Part shown: positions 31,095-41,001 of the stretch, piece by piece
Layout of the letters: every line of letters begins with the position of its first letter
Position numbering within the stretch: position 1 is the stretch's first letter
Assembly: GCA_963745235.1 (NCBI GenBank)
Contig: CAVUXE010000029.1
Span: forward strand, 64,001-128,000
Reading direction: 5' to 3'
Source of the DNA: an uncultured Spirochaetota bacterium
GTDB lineage: Bacteria; Spirochaetota; Spirochaetia; SZUA-6; Fen-1364
DNA length: 64,000 nucleotides
The notes under the pieces: generated by a model
What the model was told of the DNA's origin: nothing
Databases searched by the model: none
What the model saw: only the letters and a program-made list of their open reading frames with translations
Translations under genes and position numbers: made by a program

Positions 31095-32276
31095 ATGAAA
31101 GAAGAGCTGGCGCTCTTCGGCGGCGAAAAGACGGCTCGCGACCCGTTTCCCCCCTGGCCGCAGTTCGCGGAGAAGGCCCTCACGGATGCGCTGGAGCCGC
31201 TGCGAACGGGCCGGGTCGGAAGCTGGTCCGGCGGCCGCGGCAGGGAGCTGGAGACGCGCTGGGCAAAGTGGGCGGGGTCGGCGCACGCGGTCTGCTGCGC
31301 CAGCGGGACCGCGGCGCTGCACGTGAGCCTCCTTGCCCTCGGGGTCACTGACGGGGAAGTGATCGTTCCCTCCCACACCTTTGCCTCCACGGTGCTCGCT
31401 GTGGTCCATGCGGGCGCCGAACCGGTGTTCTGTGACACAACGGAGGACGGCACCCTGGATGCGCGCGGGGTTGAGCAGCTCATCACTCCCCGCACAAAAG
31501 CCATCCTCGCGGTGCATCTCTATGGGACGGTGTGCGCCATGGACCGCATTGGTGAGATTGCGCGCCGCAGGGACCTCGCGGTCGTGGAGGATTGCGCGCA
31601 GTGCGTGGGGGGCGAGCTGAAAGGAAAAAAAGCGGGGACCCTGGGGGATGCGGGATGCTTCAGCTTCTCCCAGGGGAAGCACGTGTGCGCGGGAGAGGGC
31701 GGCATGATCGTCTGCGACGATGAAGGCACGGCCGCGGCCTGCCGTTCGCTCTGTGACTACGGCCGTGAGCAGACAGAGGCAGGCGCGGACGGTGAGGCCC
31801 CGGCGCACGTGCGCGCAGGGTTCAATTACCGCCTCACGGAAATGCAGGCCACCATTGCGCTTGCTGAGCTGGAGAGGCTCGACACGTGGAACCTTCCGCG
31901 CAGGCGCGGGTATGCGAAGATCTATGATCACGCCTTTTCGCAGTTGTACGGCGTGCGGGGCATCCCGTTGAGCTCCGCGGAAAGGCGCAACGCGTACTGG
32001 AAGTACCCTCTCCAGCTGGACCTCGGGAAGCTGGCATGCGACGGGAAGGAGTTCCGCCGCGCTCTCGCCGCTGAGGGCATTCCCGAATGCGGGGCGCCTG
32101 GTCCCGAAGCCTACGAGGAGCCGGCGCTCAGCAGGTGGGCTCGGGGCCGCTGCGAGACGGCGGAGGCCCTGCGGGAAAGGACCGTTCTGCTCGGGCTTTC
32201 TCCGAGCTGGGAGAAGTCCCACATCGAGACGTGCGTCGCAGCCGTGAAGAAAGTGCTGCGCGTATATCGTCGCTGA
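31095..32276 (+). CDS. DegT/DnrJ/EryC1/StrS-family PLP aminotransferase
   Basis: SGTAALH, VHLYG, EDCAQ, FSFSQGK, GEGG, GFNYR. Confidence 0.92.
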   Translation: MKEELALFGGEKTARDPFPPWPQFAEKALTDALEPLRTGRVGSWSGGRGRELETRWAKWAGSAHAVCCASGTAALHVSLLALGVTDGEVIVPSHTFASTVLAVVHAGAEPVFCDTTEDGTLDARGVEQLITPRTKAILAVHLYGTVCAMDRIGEIARRRDLAVVEDCAQCVGGELKGKKAGTLGDAGCFSFSQGKHVCAGEGGMIVCDDEGTAAACRSLCDYGREQTEAGADGEAPAHVRAGFNYRLTEMQATIALAELERLDTWNLPRRRGYAKIYDHAFSQLYGVRGIPLSSAERRNAYWKYPLQLDLGKLACDGKEFRRALAAEGIPECGAPGPEAYEEPALSRWARGRCETAEALRERTVLLGLSPSWEKSHIETCVAAVKKVLRVYRR

Positions 32277-32294
32277 ACAAACAGGGAGACACAG

Positions 32295-33086
32295 GTGAAG
32301 CACAAGGTGCGGGGAGTAGAGATCGAGGCCGTGCGCGCCAGGGCGGACGATGTGGCGGCAGAGATGGTTGCACCCGAGGAGACCCTTCCCGGAGATACCG
32401 GAAGCCTTGCGGACGAACGGGCCGTCAGGGCGGCGTGCGCCCGGGCGCTCGTGGAGGCGCAGGTACGGAGCATGTCCTCGGTTGCCCTTCCCGCGTTCGG
32501 CATCCGGCCGGGAGGCATCACGGAGGTCGCGGCGGCCAAGATCATGGTGCAGGAAGCAATACGGGTGGCCCGTGCCGGCCCGTCCAGCCTGCGCCGCATT
32601 GTCCTGTGCCACCCGGCGGCGGAGGGCTTCGACGTTTTCTCCCGCGCCGTGAACGGCTATATCAGGCATTTCCTTGACGTGCTCCTCTGGGGGCCCTTTC
32701 TCACCGTGGATGCCATCATCGAGGTCTCTGGCGGGATCGTGCTCGTCCAGCGCTCCAATCCCCCGTTGGGCTTCGCGCTGCCCGGCGGGTTCGTCGACTA
32801 CGGGGAAACCCTGGAGGACGCCGTTCGAAGGGAGGCGCGGGAAGAGACGGACCTCGAGCTCCTTGATCTTGCGCAGCTGCACACCTATTCCGACCCCGCG
32901 CGGGACCCGCGGTTCCACACGGTGACCACGGTCTTCACCGCCCGCGCAGACGGCACGCCGCGGGCCGGAGACGATGCCGCCGGCATCAAGGTTGCGACTC
33001 CTGCTGAGATAAAGAGCCTGAGCTTTGCCTTTGACCACGCGCAGGTGCTGGGAGATTACCTGGACCGCAGGGAGACGGGCCGGTAG
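32295..33086 (+). CDS. Macro-like domain fused to a Nudix hydrolase
   Basis: N-terminal SVALPAFG..PGG macro C-half; C-terminal GGFVDYGETLEDAVRREAREET and SDPARDPRFH. Confidence 0.82.
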   Translation: MKHKVRGVEIEAVRARADDVAAEMVAPEETLPGDTGSLADERAVRAACARALVEAQVRSMSSVALPAFGIRPGGITEVAAAKIMVQEAIRVARAGPSSLRRIVLCHPAAEGFDVFSRAVNGYIRHFLDVLLWGPFLTVDAIIEVSGGIVLVQRSNPPLGFALPGGFVDYGETLEDAVRREAREETDLELLDLAQLHTYSDPARDPRFHTVTTVFTARADGTPRAGDDAAGIKVATPAEIKSLSFAFDHAQVLGDYLDRRETGR

Positions 33087-33889
33087 GCCCTGACTCGGCG
33101 TCCAGACCCCATGGGTTTGCAATTCCGGCTTCGAGCGCCCGACACGCGGGGTTGATCCCCAGCCTGGTCAGGGCGAAATCATAGCGCACGGGGTCCCGCG
33201 GGCTCAGCGCGGCGAACCCGTGCGTCACTTCCACCGCGGTCTTCAGGTCCGCCTGCTTGCGCCGCGTCAGGCCCAGCCCTCCGCTGATTCGAAACAGATG
33301 CGTATCCAGGGGAACGATGAGGAGCGCCGGCGATACGGCGGTCCACGGGCCCGGGTCAACGGCATCCCGCCGGGTCATCCAGCGAAGGTACAGGTTGAGA
33401 CGCTTGCAGGCGCTGCCGTCCGCGGGTGAGGACAGGAGGCTCGCGCATGCGCCGGGTCCGCCGGGCAAATCCCCTGAGCCGGTCTACGAACTCCGCGAGG
33501 GCCGGAAGGACCGATTCATCACTGCAGCCAAGCCCCGCTGCAAAGAGCCCTTCGAGGCTGCCGCTCGTCTCGACTGCCCGCTTGATCCCGACGAGAAGCG
33601 ATGAGACTTCGCCGCCGGTTGTGAACCGGTGCTTGAAGCCGTCGAAGAGCTCGAAGATCTCCCCCGGCTGCGCGCGCTCCAGGAAGGACCGGGGGCGCTG
33701 GAGCCGGCGCAGCACCGTGCGGATGCTCGCCAGGATCTGCGCGACCCTGCCGTAGGCCAGGCAGGCCGCAATGAGCCCGGCAATCTCCTGGTCCCGGGGG
33801 TCACTGTAGTCGTAGAGGGTCTCCAGCGGGTCGGGATGGACGAACTCTCTTCTGTTATATGCGAGGTAGAGACGCTCGAGTCGTCCCTT
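32986..33889 (-). CDS. TIGR02757/DUF2400-family protein (frameshifted; ends approximate)
   Basis: VHPDPL, EIAGLIAACLAYGRV, FKHRF, SACKRLNLYLRWMTRRD.VDPG.W, PLDTH, DPVRYDFAL. Confidence 0.85.
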
Positions 33890-36564
33890 CAGCCGCTGAG
33901 CACCCGTACGTATCCCTCTATCTTCTCAATGCGGCGGGAAAGCTCGGCCAGCTTCTCTTTTTCTCGATCCACGATCTCCCGGGGGGCACGGTCCACGAAG
34001 GCGGCAGTGGCAAGCTTTGCTTCCGTGCGCTTCTTCTCCGCCTCCGTCCTTTCCTTGTCCTTCGCAAGCCGGGCAAGCTCTTTTGGCGCATCGATGGCTT
34101 CGCGGATGACCACGAACACTTCGAATCCCTTGCCGGCCGCGGCGATGCTGCCGTCCCGCTTCCCGCTCACGGCCGCGGAGCCGGCCGCCGTAATGGACAG
34201 TTCCCGCGAGCCTGTCAGGTGGGCCACGAGCTGCCGGTGCGCCTCGAAGTTTTGCAGCAACCCCATGCCCGTCTCAGCGAGCACTGCCACGTCCACCTTG
34301 CTGTCAGGCGGGATTGTGAACTCCGCCCTGATGGTCCGCACGGCGCGGACGAGCTCCTGGAGTGAAGAGAACTTGGCTTCCACCGCGGCATCTGCCCGGC
34401 GGCCATCCCCGGCAGGGTAGGGCTGAAGCATGACCGAACCTCTGGCGTCCGGGAGCTTCTTGTAGATCTCCTCCGTTATCAAGGGAAGGAAAGGGTGCAG
34501 GAGCCGCAGCGACTCTTCGAGGATCGCCAGAAGGAGCGTGACGATCCTGTCCTTTTCCGCGTCGTCACCCGAGGCCAGGGGAAGCTTTGCCGCTTCAATG
34601 TACCAGTCGCAGAAGTCGCTCCAGAAAAACTCGTAGACCGCCTGGGCGGCGTCGTTGAAGCGGTATCCTTCCAGGGCGGTCCTGGACGCTGCCGCCGCGG
34701 CATCCAGGCGATGGAAGATCCAGCGGTCGATGTCCGTTCGCCGGACCGTGGAGGCATCCAGCAGCGTGCGTCCTTCGAGGTTCATGAGGAGATAGCGAGA
34801 CGCGTTCCAGATCTTGTTGCCGAACCGGGAGCCGAGCTTCACCGCTTCCTTGTCGAAGAGCACGTCCTGTCCCTGGGCCGCGAGGAACGCCATGGTGAAC
34901 TTGAGCGCGTCCGCGCCGTACTCATCGATGATCTCCAGGGGGTCCACGCCGTTGCCGAGGCTCTTGGACATCTTGCGGCCCTGCTTGTCCCGGACAAGAC
35001 CGTGGATGTAGATGTCGCGGAAGGGGACCTCGCCCATGAACTCCAGCCCCATCATGATCATGCGGGCCACCCAGAAGAAGATGATCTCGTACGCGGTGAT
35101 CAGCGTCGTGGTGGGATAGAAGCGCTTGAGATCCGGCGTCTTTTCAGGCCAGCCGAGCGTGGAGAAGGGCCACAGGGCAGAAGAGAACCAGGTGTCCAGC
35201 ACGTCCGGGTCCTGCTCGATCTCTGCGCTCCCGCACTTGCTGCATGCGGCCGGGTCCTCGCGGGACACCGTCATCTGGCCGCACTTCCCGCAGTACCACA
35301 CGGGTATCCGGTGTCCCCACCAGAGCTGGCGGGAGATGCACCAGTCCCGGATGGTGCGCAGCCAGCTGGAATAGGTGTTCTCCCATCTCTGCGGGTAGAA
35401 GCGCAGCTTCCCGTCCTGCCATGCCTTCAGGGCCTTCTCCGCAAGGGGCTGCATCTTCACGAACCACTGGTCGGAGAGGAAAGGCTCGATGACGGTGTTG
35501 CAGCGGTAGCAATGTCCGACCTGGTGCGTGTGCGGCTCCTCTTTGAGGAAGAGCCCCGCGGCCTTGATGTCCTCCAGCACTTTTGCGCGCGCTTTCTGCA
35601 CGCTCAGTCCCCGATACTGCTCGGGCACATTGTCGTTCAGCCTGCCCGCGGGGGTGAGGATGTTGATCTGGGGAAGGCTGTGGCGCCGACCGATATCGTA
35701 GTCCACCGGGTCATGCGCCGGCGTCACTTTCACCGCGCCTGTTCCGAACGTCATGTCGATCTGCGGGTCCGCGATGATCGGGATTGTCCGGCCGGTGAGC
35801 GGCAGGGCCACCATTTTGCCCACCAGATGACGGTAGCGCACGTCTTCGGGATTCACGGCCACCGCGGCGTCCCCGAGCATCGTCTCCGGCCGGGTGGTGG
35901 CAATGGTTATCGAGCCCGAGCCGTCAGCCAGGGGATAGTGGTAATGGTACATCTTGCCCCGCACTTCCTCGTGCTCCACCTCGTCGTCGGAGATTGCCGT
36001 GCGGCACGAGGGGCACCAGTTCACGAGGTAGTTGCCGCGATAGATGAGGCCTTTTTCGAAAAGGGACACGAAGACTTCCCGGACCGCCCGTGAGAGGCCT
36101 TCGTCGAACGTGAAGCGCTCCCGGCTCCAGTCGCAGGATGAGCCGAGCTTCTGGAGCTGCTTCACGATGATGCCGTGGTGCTCCCGGGTGACCTTCCAGG
36201 TCTCTTCCAGGAACTTTTCCCTGCCGATCTCTTCCCGGCTCGTTCCGCGCTTCTTCAGCGCCTTTTCCACCACGTGCTGGGTGGCGATGCCCGCGTGGTC
36301 CGTCCCCGGCACCCACAGGGTGTCGTCCCCCAGCATGCGGTGGTAGCGCACCTCGATGTCCTGGAGGCTGTTGTTCAGGCCGTGCCCCATGTGGAGGACG
36401 CCCGTCACGTTGGGCGGCGGGATGACCACGACGAATCGCGTGGTGGCGGCGCGGCCCGTCGGCGTCGGGGCTGGAGCGAAGTAGCCTTTCTCCAGCCATT
36501 CGCTGTAGATCCTGTCCTCGTAGCTCTTCGGGTCGAAAGCCTTGCTCAGCTCGATCGCTTTCAT
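33889..36564 (-). CDS. valS: Valine--tRNA ligase
   Basis: PPNVTGVLHMGH, DWCISRQLWWGH, KMSKS, C-terminal coiled coil. Confidence 0.97.
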   Translation of the reverse strand: MKAIELSKAFDPKSYEDRIYSEWLEKGYFAPAPTPTGRAATTRFVVVIPPPNVTGVLHMGHGLNNSLQDIEVRYHRMLGDDTLWVPGTDHAGIATQHVVEKALKKRGTSREEIGREKFLEETWKVTREHHGIIVKQLQKLGSSCDWSRERFTFDEGLSRAVREVFVSLFEKGLIYRGNYLVNWCPSCRTAISDDEVEHEEVRGKMYHYHYPLADGSGSITIATTRPETMLGDAAVAVNPEDVRYRHLVGKMVALPLTGRTIPIIADPQIDMTFGTGAVKVTPAHDPVDYDIGRRHSLPQINILTPAGRLNDNVPEQYRGLSVQKARAKVLEDIKAAGLFLKEEPHTHQVGHCYRCNTVIEPFLSDQWFVKMQPLAEKALKAWQDGKLRFYPQRWENTYSSWLRTIRDWCISRQLWWGHRIPVWYCGKCGQMTVSREDPAACSKCGSAEIEQDPDVLDTWFSSALWPFSTLGWPEKTPDLKRFYPTTTLITAYEIIFFWVARMIMMGLEFMGEVPFRDIYIHGLVRDKQGRKMSKSLGNGVDPLEIIDEYGADALKFTMAFLAAQGQDVLFDKEAVKLGSRFGNKIWNASRYLLMNLEGRTLLDASTVRRTDIDRWIFHRLDAAAAASRTALEGYRFNDAAQAVYEFFWSDFCDWYIEAAKLPLASGDDAEKDRIVTLLLAILEESLRLLHPFLPLITEEIYKKLPDARGSVMLQPYPAGDGRRADAAVEAKFSSLQELVRAVRTIRAEFTIPPDSKVDVAVLAETGMGLLQNFEAHRQLVAHLTGSRELSITAAGSAAVSGKRDGSIAAAGKGFEVFVVIREAIDAPKELARLAKDKERTEAEKKRTEAKLATAAFVDRAPREIVDREKEKLAELSRRIEKIEGYVRVLSG

Positions 36565-36633
36565 GTGGCGTGGAATATAACAAAAGAGGCGTCGCATTGA
36601 CAGCGCTTCCCGGCGCTCCTACTATGGAGGGCA

Positions 36634-37557
36634 ATGAGTGGCCGAGTCCTGGTCTTCGGAAGCATCAACACTGACCTCACCGTGTACGTGGACAAGCTGC
36701 CGCATCCCGGGGAAACGGTGACCGGCGGAAGCTGGGACAGCTTTCCCGGCGGAAAAGGCGCCAACCAGTCGGTTGCCGCGGCCCGGGCCGGCGCGGAGGT
36801 GGCCGTCTACGGCTGCCTGGGAGACGACGCATTCGGACGGGACCGGCTTGCCAGCCTGGCTGCGACCGGCATCTCAGTCACGGGGGTCCTGGTGAAGGCG
36901 GGCGTGCGCTCGGGGGTTGCCCTCATCATGGTGGACGCGGAAGGGGAAAACTCCATTGCCGTTGCCCCGGGGGCCAACATGCGGTTTGAGGCAGGCGCGG
37001 TGGACATCCCCGCTGTCCCCCACGGCGAGACATGGGTGTCTCTCTTCCAGAACGAGATCCCCCGGGAGACAACCGAGTCCCTCATCATGAAGACCCGGGC
37101 AGCCGGGTGCGTGGTGATGTGGAACCTTGCTCCGACAATCGGCCGCCGCCCCGCGGCGGAAATCCTTGGCTCCGTGGACTACCTCGTGTGCAACAGGAAC
37201 GAGATCAAGGCGCTTGTCAGCGGGGATGATGACCTTGAACGCCAGGCGAGAGTGCCGCTTGGCTGGGGCGTGAAGAACGTCATCGTCACCCTGGGCAGGG
37301 AAGGCAGCGTCTGGCTGAACGGCCGTGAGACCTTCCGTCAGCGGGCTTTCCCCGTTGAGGCGGTGGACTCCGTGGGCGCCGGTGACTGCTTTTGCGGCGT
37401 GCTCGCCGCTTCACTGGCGTCCGGCAGCCCGGTAGAGGCCGCGTTGCATCGGGCTTCCGCCGCGGCCGCCATCTCCACAACGCGTCGGGGAGCGCAGCCG
37501 TCCATGCCGACTGCCGCGGAGATCGAGGACTTCCTACTTCGTCGGGAGCGGGTCTGA
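36634..37557 (+). CDS. rbsK: Ribokinase (PfkB family)
   Basis: GSINTD, GGKGANQ, NSIAVAPGAN, DSVGAGDCF. Confidence 0.9.
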   Translation: MSGRVLVFGSINTDLTVYVDKLPHPGETVTGGSWDSFPGGKGANQSVAAARAGAEVAVYGCLGDDAFGRDRLASLAATGISVTGVLVKAGVRSGVALIMVDAEGENSIAVAPGANMRFEAGAVDIPAVPHGETWVSLFQNEIPRETTESLIMKTRAAGCVVMWNLAPTIGRRPAAEILGSVDYLVCNRNEIKALVSGDDDLERQARVPLGWGVKNVIVTLGREGSVWLNGRETFRQRAFPVEAVDSVGAGDCFCGVLAASLASGSPVEAALHRASAAAAISTTRRGAQPSMPTAAEIEDFLLRRERV

Positions 37558-38905
37558 ACGCAGGCGATCGATCCTGAAGATGACCCAGTCTCCCCGGTCT
37601 TTTTTCATGAACACCCTGTCCTGGACGGAGTGGCCGTCGTAGCGCGGCTCGGCGGGCTGATTGGACGCGGTTTCATTCCCGCCTGGAAGCGGCGTCCACT
37701 TGTCATAGGAGACCAGAAAGACGGGCAGTGGCTCCGCCTGCTCCTGTTTCACGGAGAGCCCTGTCACCCCGTACAGGGTCTGCGGTGGCGGGATGGGAGG
37801 CCGGCCGCTTTGTCCCAGTCCGCCGCGGACACGATATTGGATCTCCCCTCGTACCCGGTGGATACGCGGGAGATCACGTAGAGGTTGGTCACCTCGTTGA
37901 TCTCGCCTTTTCCCGCGCCGTCGATGACGCAGGCTCCCATGGTCATTTGGTCCAGCTTGTTCATGCTGGAGTAGAAGGCCTGCACGACCTCCCGTGGCGT
38001 GAAGCCGCGCGTCACGCGCGGAGCCAAGACACCCTTGAGGATGCTGCCGACCCCGGCCCCAACCACGATGACGACGGCCGCGATGATGAGGGCTGTCCGC
38101 CAGTTCTTCTCCCAGAAGACACGGCGCTGAAACCTCTGCACCGCTTGCGGGGTTGTGGTGGCTCCTCCCCGGGAAGCTCTTCGCAACGCGCCGTCTTTTT
38201 GCCAGGCCTGAAGGCTCTGCGCCCACTCATCGAGGGTCGGCGCGCCGCGCCGGGCGCGCGACAGCGCGGCCATGATGATGTCCGACGCTTCAGCGGAGAT
38301 CCCGGGGGCCGCTTCCGCGGGTGACAGGATCTCCAGCTTGCGCATCTGCTCGTGGATATCCTCCGAGGACTCGCCTTGAAAAGGAAATACGCCCGTGATC
38401 TCCCGGTAGAGCAGGGCGCCCAGCGCGAAGGAGAGCATTGCTTCACCCCGAAGGTCAGGATTGTGAGTGGACTCGAATGTGTCACGGTTCATTGTGAACG
38501 GCCGCAGCTCGCGGAGCTCGCGCATGACCTCCGCCGGGAGAAAAAGGACGCTGCCGTCATCACAGAAGAGCACCGCGTCGGTCTGGAGGGGGAAAAGCGG
38601 GATGCTCCTTTCCTTCAGCAGCGCCAGCGCTTCGGCAAGCCGGAAGAAGAACGGAAGAGCCTGGTCCGGGGAAGCTCGAGAACGGAAGCAAGGGAGCGGG
38701 AAGGGACCCAGGGACCATACAGGACGGTCCCTCCCGACTGCTCCGCGATTCCGGAAAAGCGCCACTCCCTGATGGACGGAGGCGCCGCGTGCCACCCCGG
38801 GGAGCCTTTGAGCGCAAGGATCCGCGTCAACGCGGTCCCCCGTGCCGGGGACCCCACGGGAACGCCAAGGTATTTCACTCCGCTGATAATGATATCAAGC
38901 GCCAT
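37534..38905 (-). CDS. Hypothetical membrane protein with a degenerate protein-kinase-like N-terminal region (several frameshifts; ends approximate)
   Basis: Pieces read MALDIIISG..., FALGALLYREITGVFPFQG, a TM helix, then a periplasmic domain ending ...GDWVIFRIDR. Confidence 0.55.
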
Positions 38906-38919
38906 GGGAAAGGCCGACC

Positions 38920-39474
38920 CTACTCTTCCTGCTCGAAGACCATCGCGCTGAAAACTTCTATCTGAGTCTGCGGATCCCTCCAGGCGTCCGGCGGCAGGCC
39001 CGCCTTGCGGCAGGCATGGGAAAGGAAGGCCTCCCGGTCCCAGCCCTGCTCGGCAGCCACCTGCGGCAGGAGGAGGCCGGAGTTGAAGCCGCTTCGGACC
39101 AGGACGCCATGGGTCCCCACGCACACGCACCGGGGATCATCGACAGCCTTCAGAGGGGAGAGGACGGAAACCTCGACGTGGACGCGCCGCCACTCTGCCC
39201 GTGTGACCGGAGGAAATCGAGGGTCTTCGAACGCGCTGGAAACCGCGACCTCCTTGACGGTCTGGAGGAGCGCTTTCGCGGAGGAGATCCGCCCGATGCA
39301 TCCCCGCAGCGACCCTTCTGATTTCAGGGTGACAAACGCGCCGCATTGGATCATGAGCGCGGGCGTGACGGCGGCGGGATAGCAGCCTCCCTTCTCCGAC
39401 AGCCGGGATGCGATTGCGGACCTGGCTGCCTGGATGAGCACCTGTCCGTCTTCCTGCGTCAGGGCGAGGCTCAT
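38920..39474 (-). CDS. AmmeMemoRadiSam system protein A (AMMECR1)
   Basis: GAFVTL...LRGCIG, AFEDPRF, EVSVLS, LLLPQV, LSHACRKAGL. Confidence 0.92.
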   Translation of the reverse strand: MSLALTQEDGQVLIQAARSAIASRLSEKGGCYPAAVTPALMIQCGAFVTLKSEGSLRGCIGRISSAKALLQTVKEVAVSSAFEDPRFPPVTRAEWRRVHVEVSVLSPLKAVDDPRCVCVGTHGVLVRSGFNSGLLLPQVAAEQGWDREAFLSHACRKAGLPPDAWRDPQTQIEVFSAMVFEQEE

Positions 39475-40304
39475 TGTCCCAGTCCAATGGCCGCGTAGTT
39501 GACCGTGCGCTCGGGGTCCTTTTCCTTTTCGTGTGAGGAGGCGCGGTTGAGGATCTCTATCCTCGCCCCCGGGCCGGCGAGACACATGAGCGCCGCAATG
39601 ATGGTTGCCCCGCAGGCGCTGATCTTTTTCTTCTGCTCGGCGGCTATCAGCGCCCGCCAGTCCCCGGTGCCGAGCAGCTCTTCCATGCTGGCGCACTCGC
39701 TGTCGGTGTCCTTGCCGCTCATGTAGGAAGCCATGTTGGAGGAGACGATGCAGACAAGCGAGCTGGCGTCCTCCGCCATGGCCGAGCGAAGTCCGGCGAG
39801 AAGAGCGGCCACCGCGGCCGTCCCGCGGCTCCCCACGAGGATGGGCACAACCGCGGCGTCGGGGAAGACACGCGCCACGAAAGGAAGCTGGACCTCCAGG
39901 CAGTGCTCCTCCAGGTGGAAGATGTCATTGCGGACAAACGCCGGATCGCTGGCGAGCATGAGAGAGACCACCCTTTCATCCACGGGGATCTCCCCGAGGG
40001 GCGTGGCGAACCGCTGCGATTCCGGGAGGAAGAAGCCGCTCTGGGGATCCCGATGCACGGGCCCCATGAGGATGACCGTGCGCGCCGCGCGCCGGCTCAC
40101 GCACCGAAACGCTGAGGCCATGACGGCGCCCGCCAGCTCATAGCCTGCATGGGGCGAGACGGCGGCAAAGCAGGAGCCCGTCGGGGTGAGGGAGGAGGCT
40201 AGGAGCTGGTCAACGAGTGTCGCAAGCTGGTCGCTCTTGGCCGGGTAGAAGAGGCCATCCACAATCGGCGGACGGACCCTCGCCCTGAGCGGTGTGACGC
40301 CCAT
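39471..40304 (-). CDS. AmmeMemoRadiSam system protein B (MEMO1 family)
   Basis: RPP.VDGLFYP, SPHAGY, TPLG, EHCLEVQLPF, ACG. Confidence 0.88.
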   Translation of the reverse strand: MGVTPLRARVRPPIVDGLFYPAKSDQLATLVDQLLASSLTPTGSCFAAVSPHAGYELAGAVMASAFRCVSRRAARTVILMGPVHRDPQSGFFLPESQRFATPLGEIPVDERVVSLMLASDPAFVRNDIFHLEEHCLEVQLPFVARVFPDAAVVPILVGSRGTAAVAALLAGLRSAMAEDASSLVCIVSSNMASYMSGKDTDSECASMEELLGTGDWRALIAAEQKKKISACGATIIAALMCLAGPGARIEILNRASSHEKEKDPERTVNYAAIGLGQ

Positions 40305-40442
40305 AACGAAAAGTATCGTGGAATGCCGGCGTGATTGCAAGTAGCGGCCCCGGCGGCCCCTGGCAGATCCTTGACTACGATCGGACTTCCGTCCTATTTT
40401 CAGCTGCGCGGTGAGATATCTCACCCACAGGAGAGGAAAGAG

Positions 40443-40988
40443 GTGAGATTCGTTCCCCGGAAACTGTTCCTGACCCGCGGGGTCGGGATCAACAAGGAAA
40501 AGCTGAACAGCTTCGAGATGGCGCTCCGGAACGCCGGCATCGCGCACCTCAACATCGTGCGCGTCTCCTCGATTTTTCCGCCCGGCTGCAAGATCGCAAG
40601 CCCTGAAGAGGGACTTGCCGCGCTGGAAGCCGGCGAGGTCACATTCGTCGTGCTCGCGGAGATGGCCACCAACGAGCCCGGGCGCCGCATCGCCTCCTCC
40701 ATCGGCATCGCCATTCCCGCGGACCAGAAGATGTACGGATACCTCTCCGAGCACCACGTCTACGGGCAGACGGAGAAGGAAGCGGGGGACTACGCGGAGG
40801 ACCTTGCCGCCTCCATGCTCGCCACCCTGCTCGGCGTGCCCTTCGACCTGGACAAGGACTACAACGAGCGGCGCGAGCAGTACCGCATGGGCGGCCACAT
40901 CGTCGACAGCACCAGCATCACGCAGACTGCGGAAGGCGCCTCGGGAGGGGTCTGGACCACGGTCGTCTCCGCCGCGGTTCTCCTGTAG
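40443..40988 (+). CDS. pdaD: Pyruvoyl-dependent arginine decarboxylase
   Basis: SFEMALRNAGIA..NIVRVSSIFPP (Ser-Ser self-cleavage site), YGYLSEHH, AEDLAA.ML. Confidence 0.9.
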   Translation: MRFVPRKLFLTRGVGINKEKLNSFEMALRNAGIAHLNIVRVSSIFPPGCKIASPEEGLAALEAGEVTFVVLAEMATNEPGRRIASSIGIAIPADQKMYGYLSEHHVYGQTEKEAGDYAEDLAASMLATLLGVPFDLDKDYNERREQYRMGGHIVDSTSITQTAEGASGGVWTTVVSAAVLL

Positions 40989-41001
40989 CAATCCGACGGA
41001 G

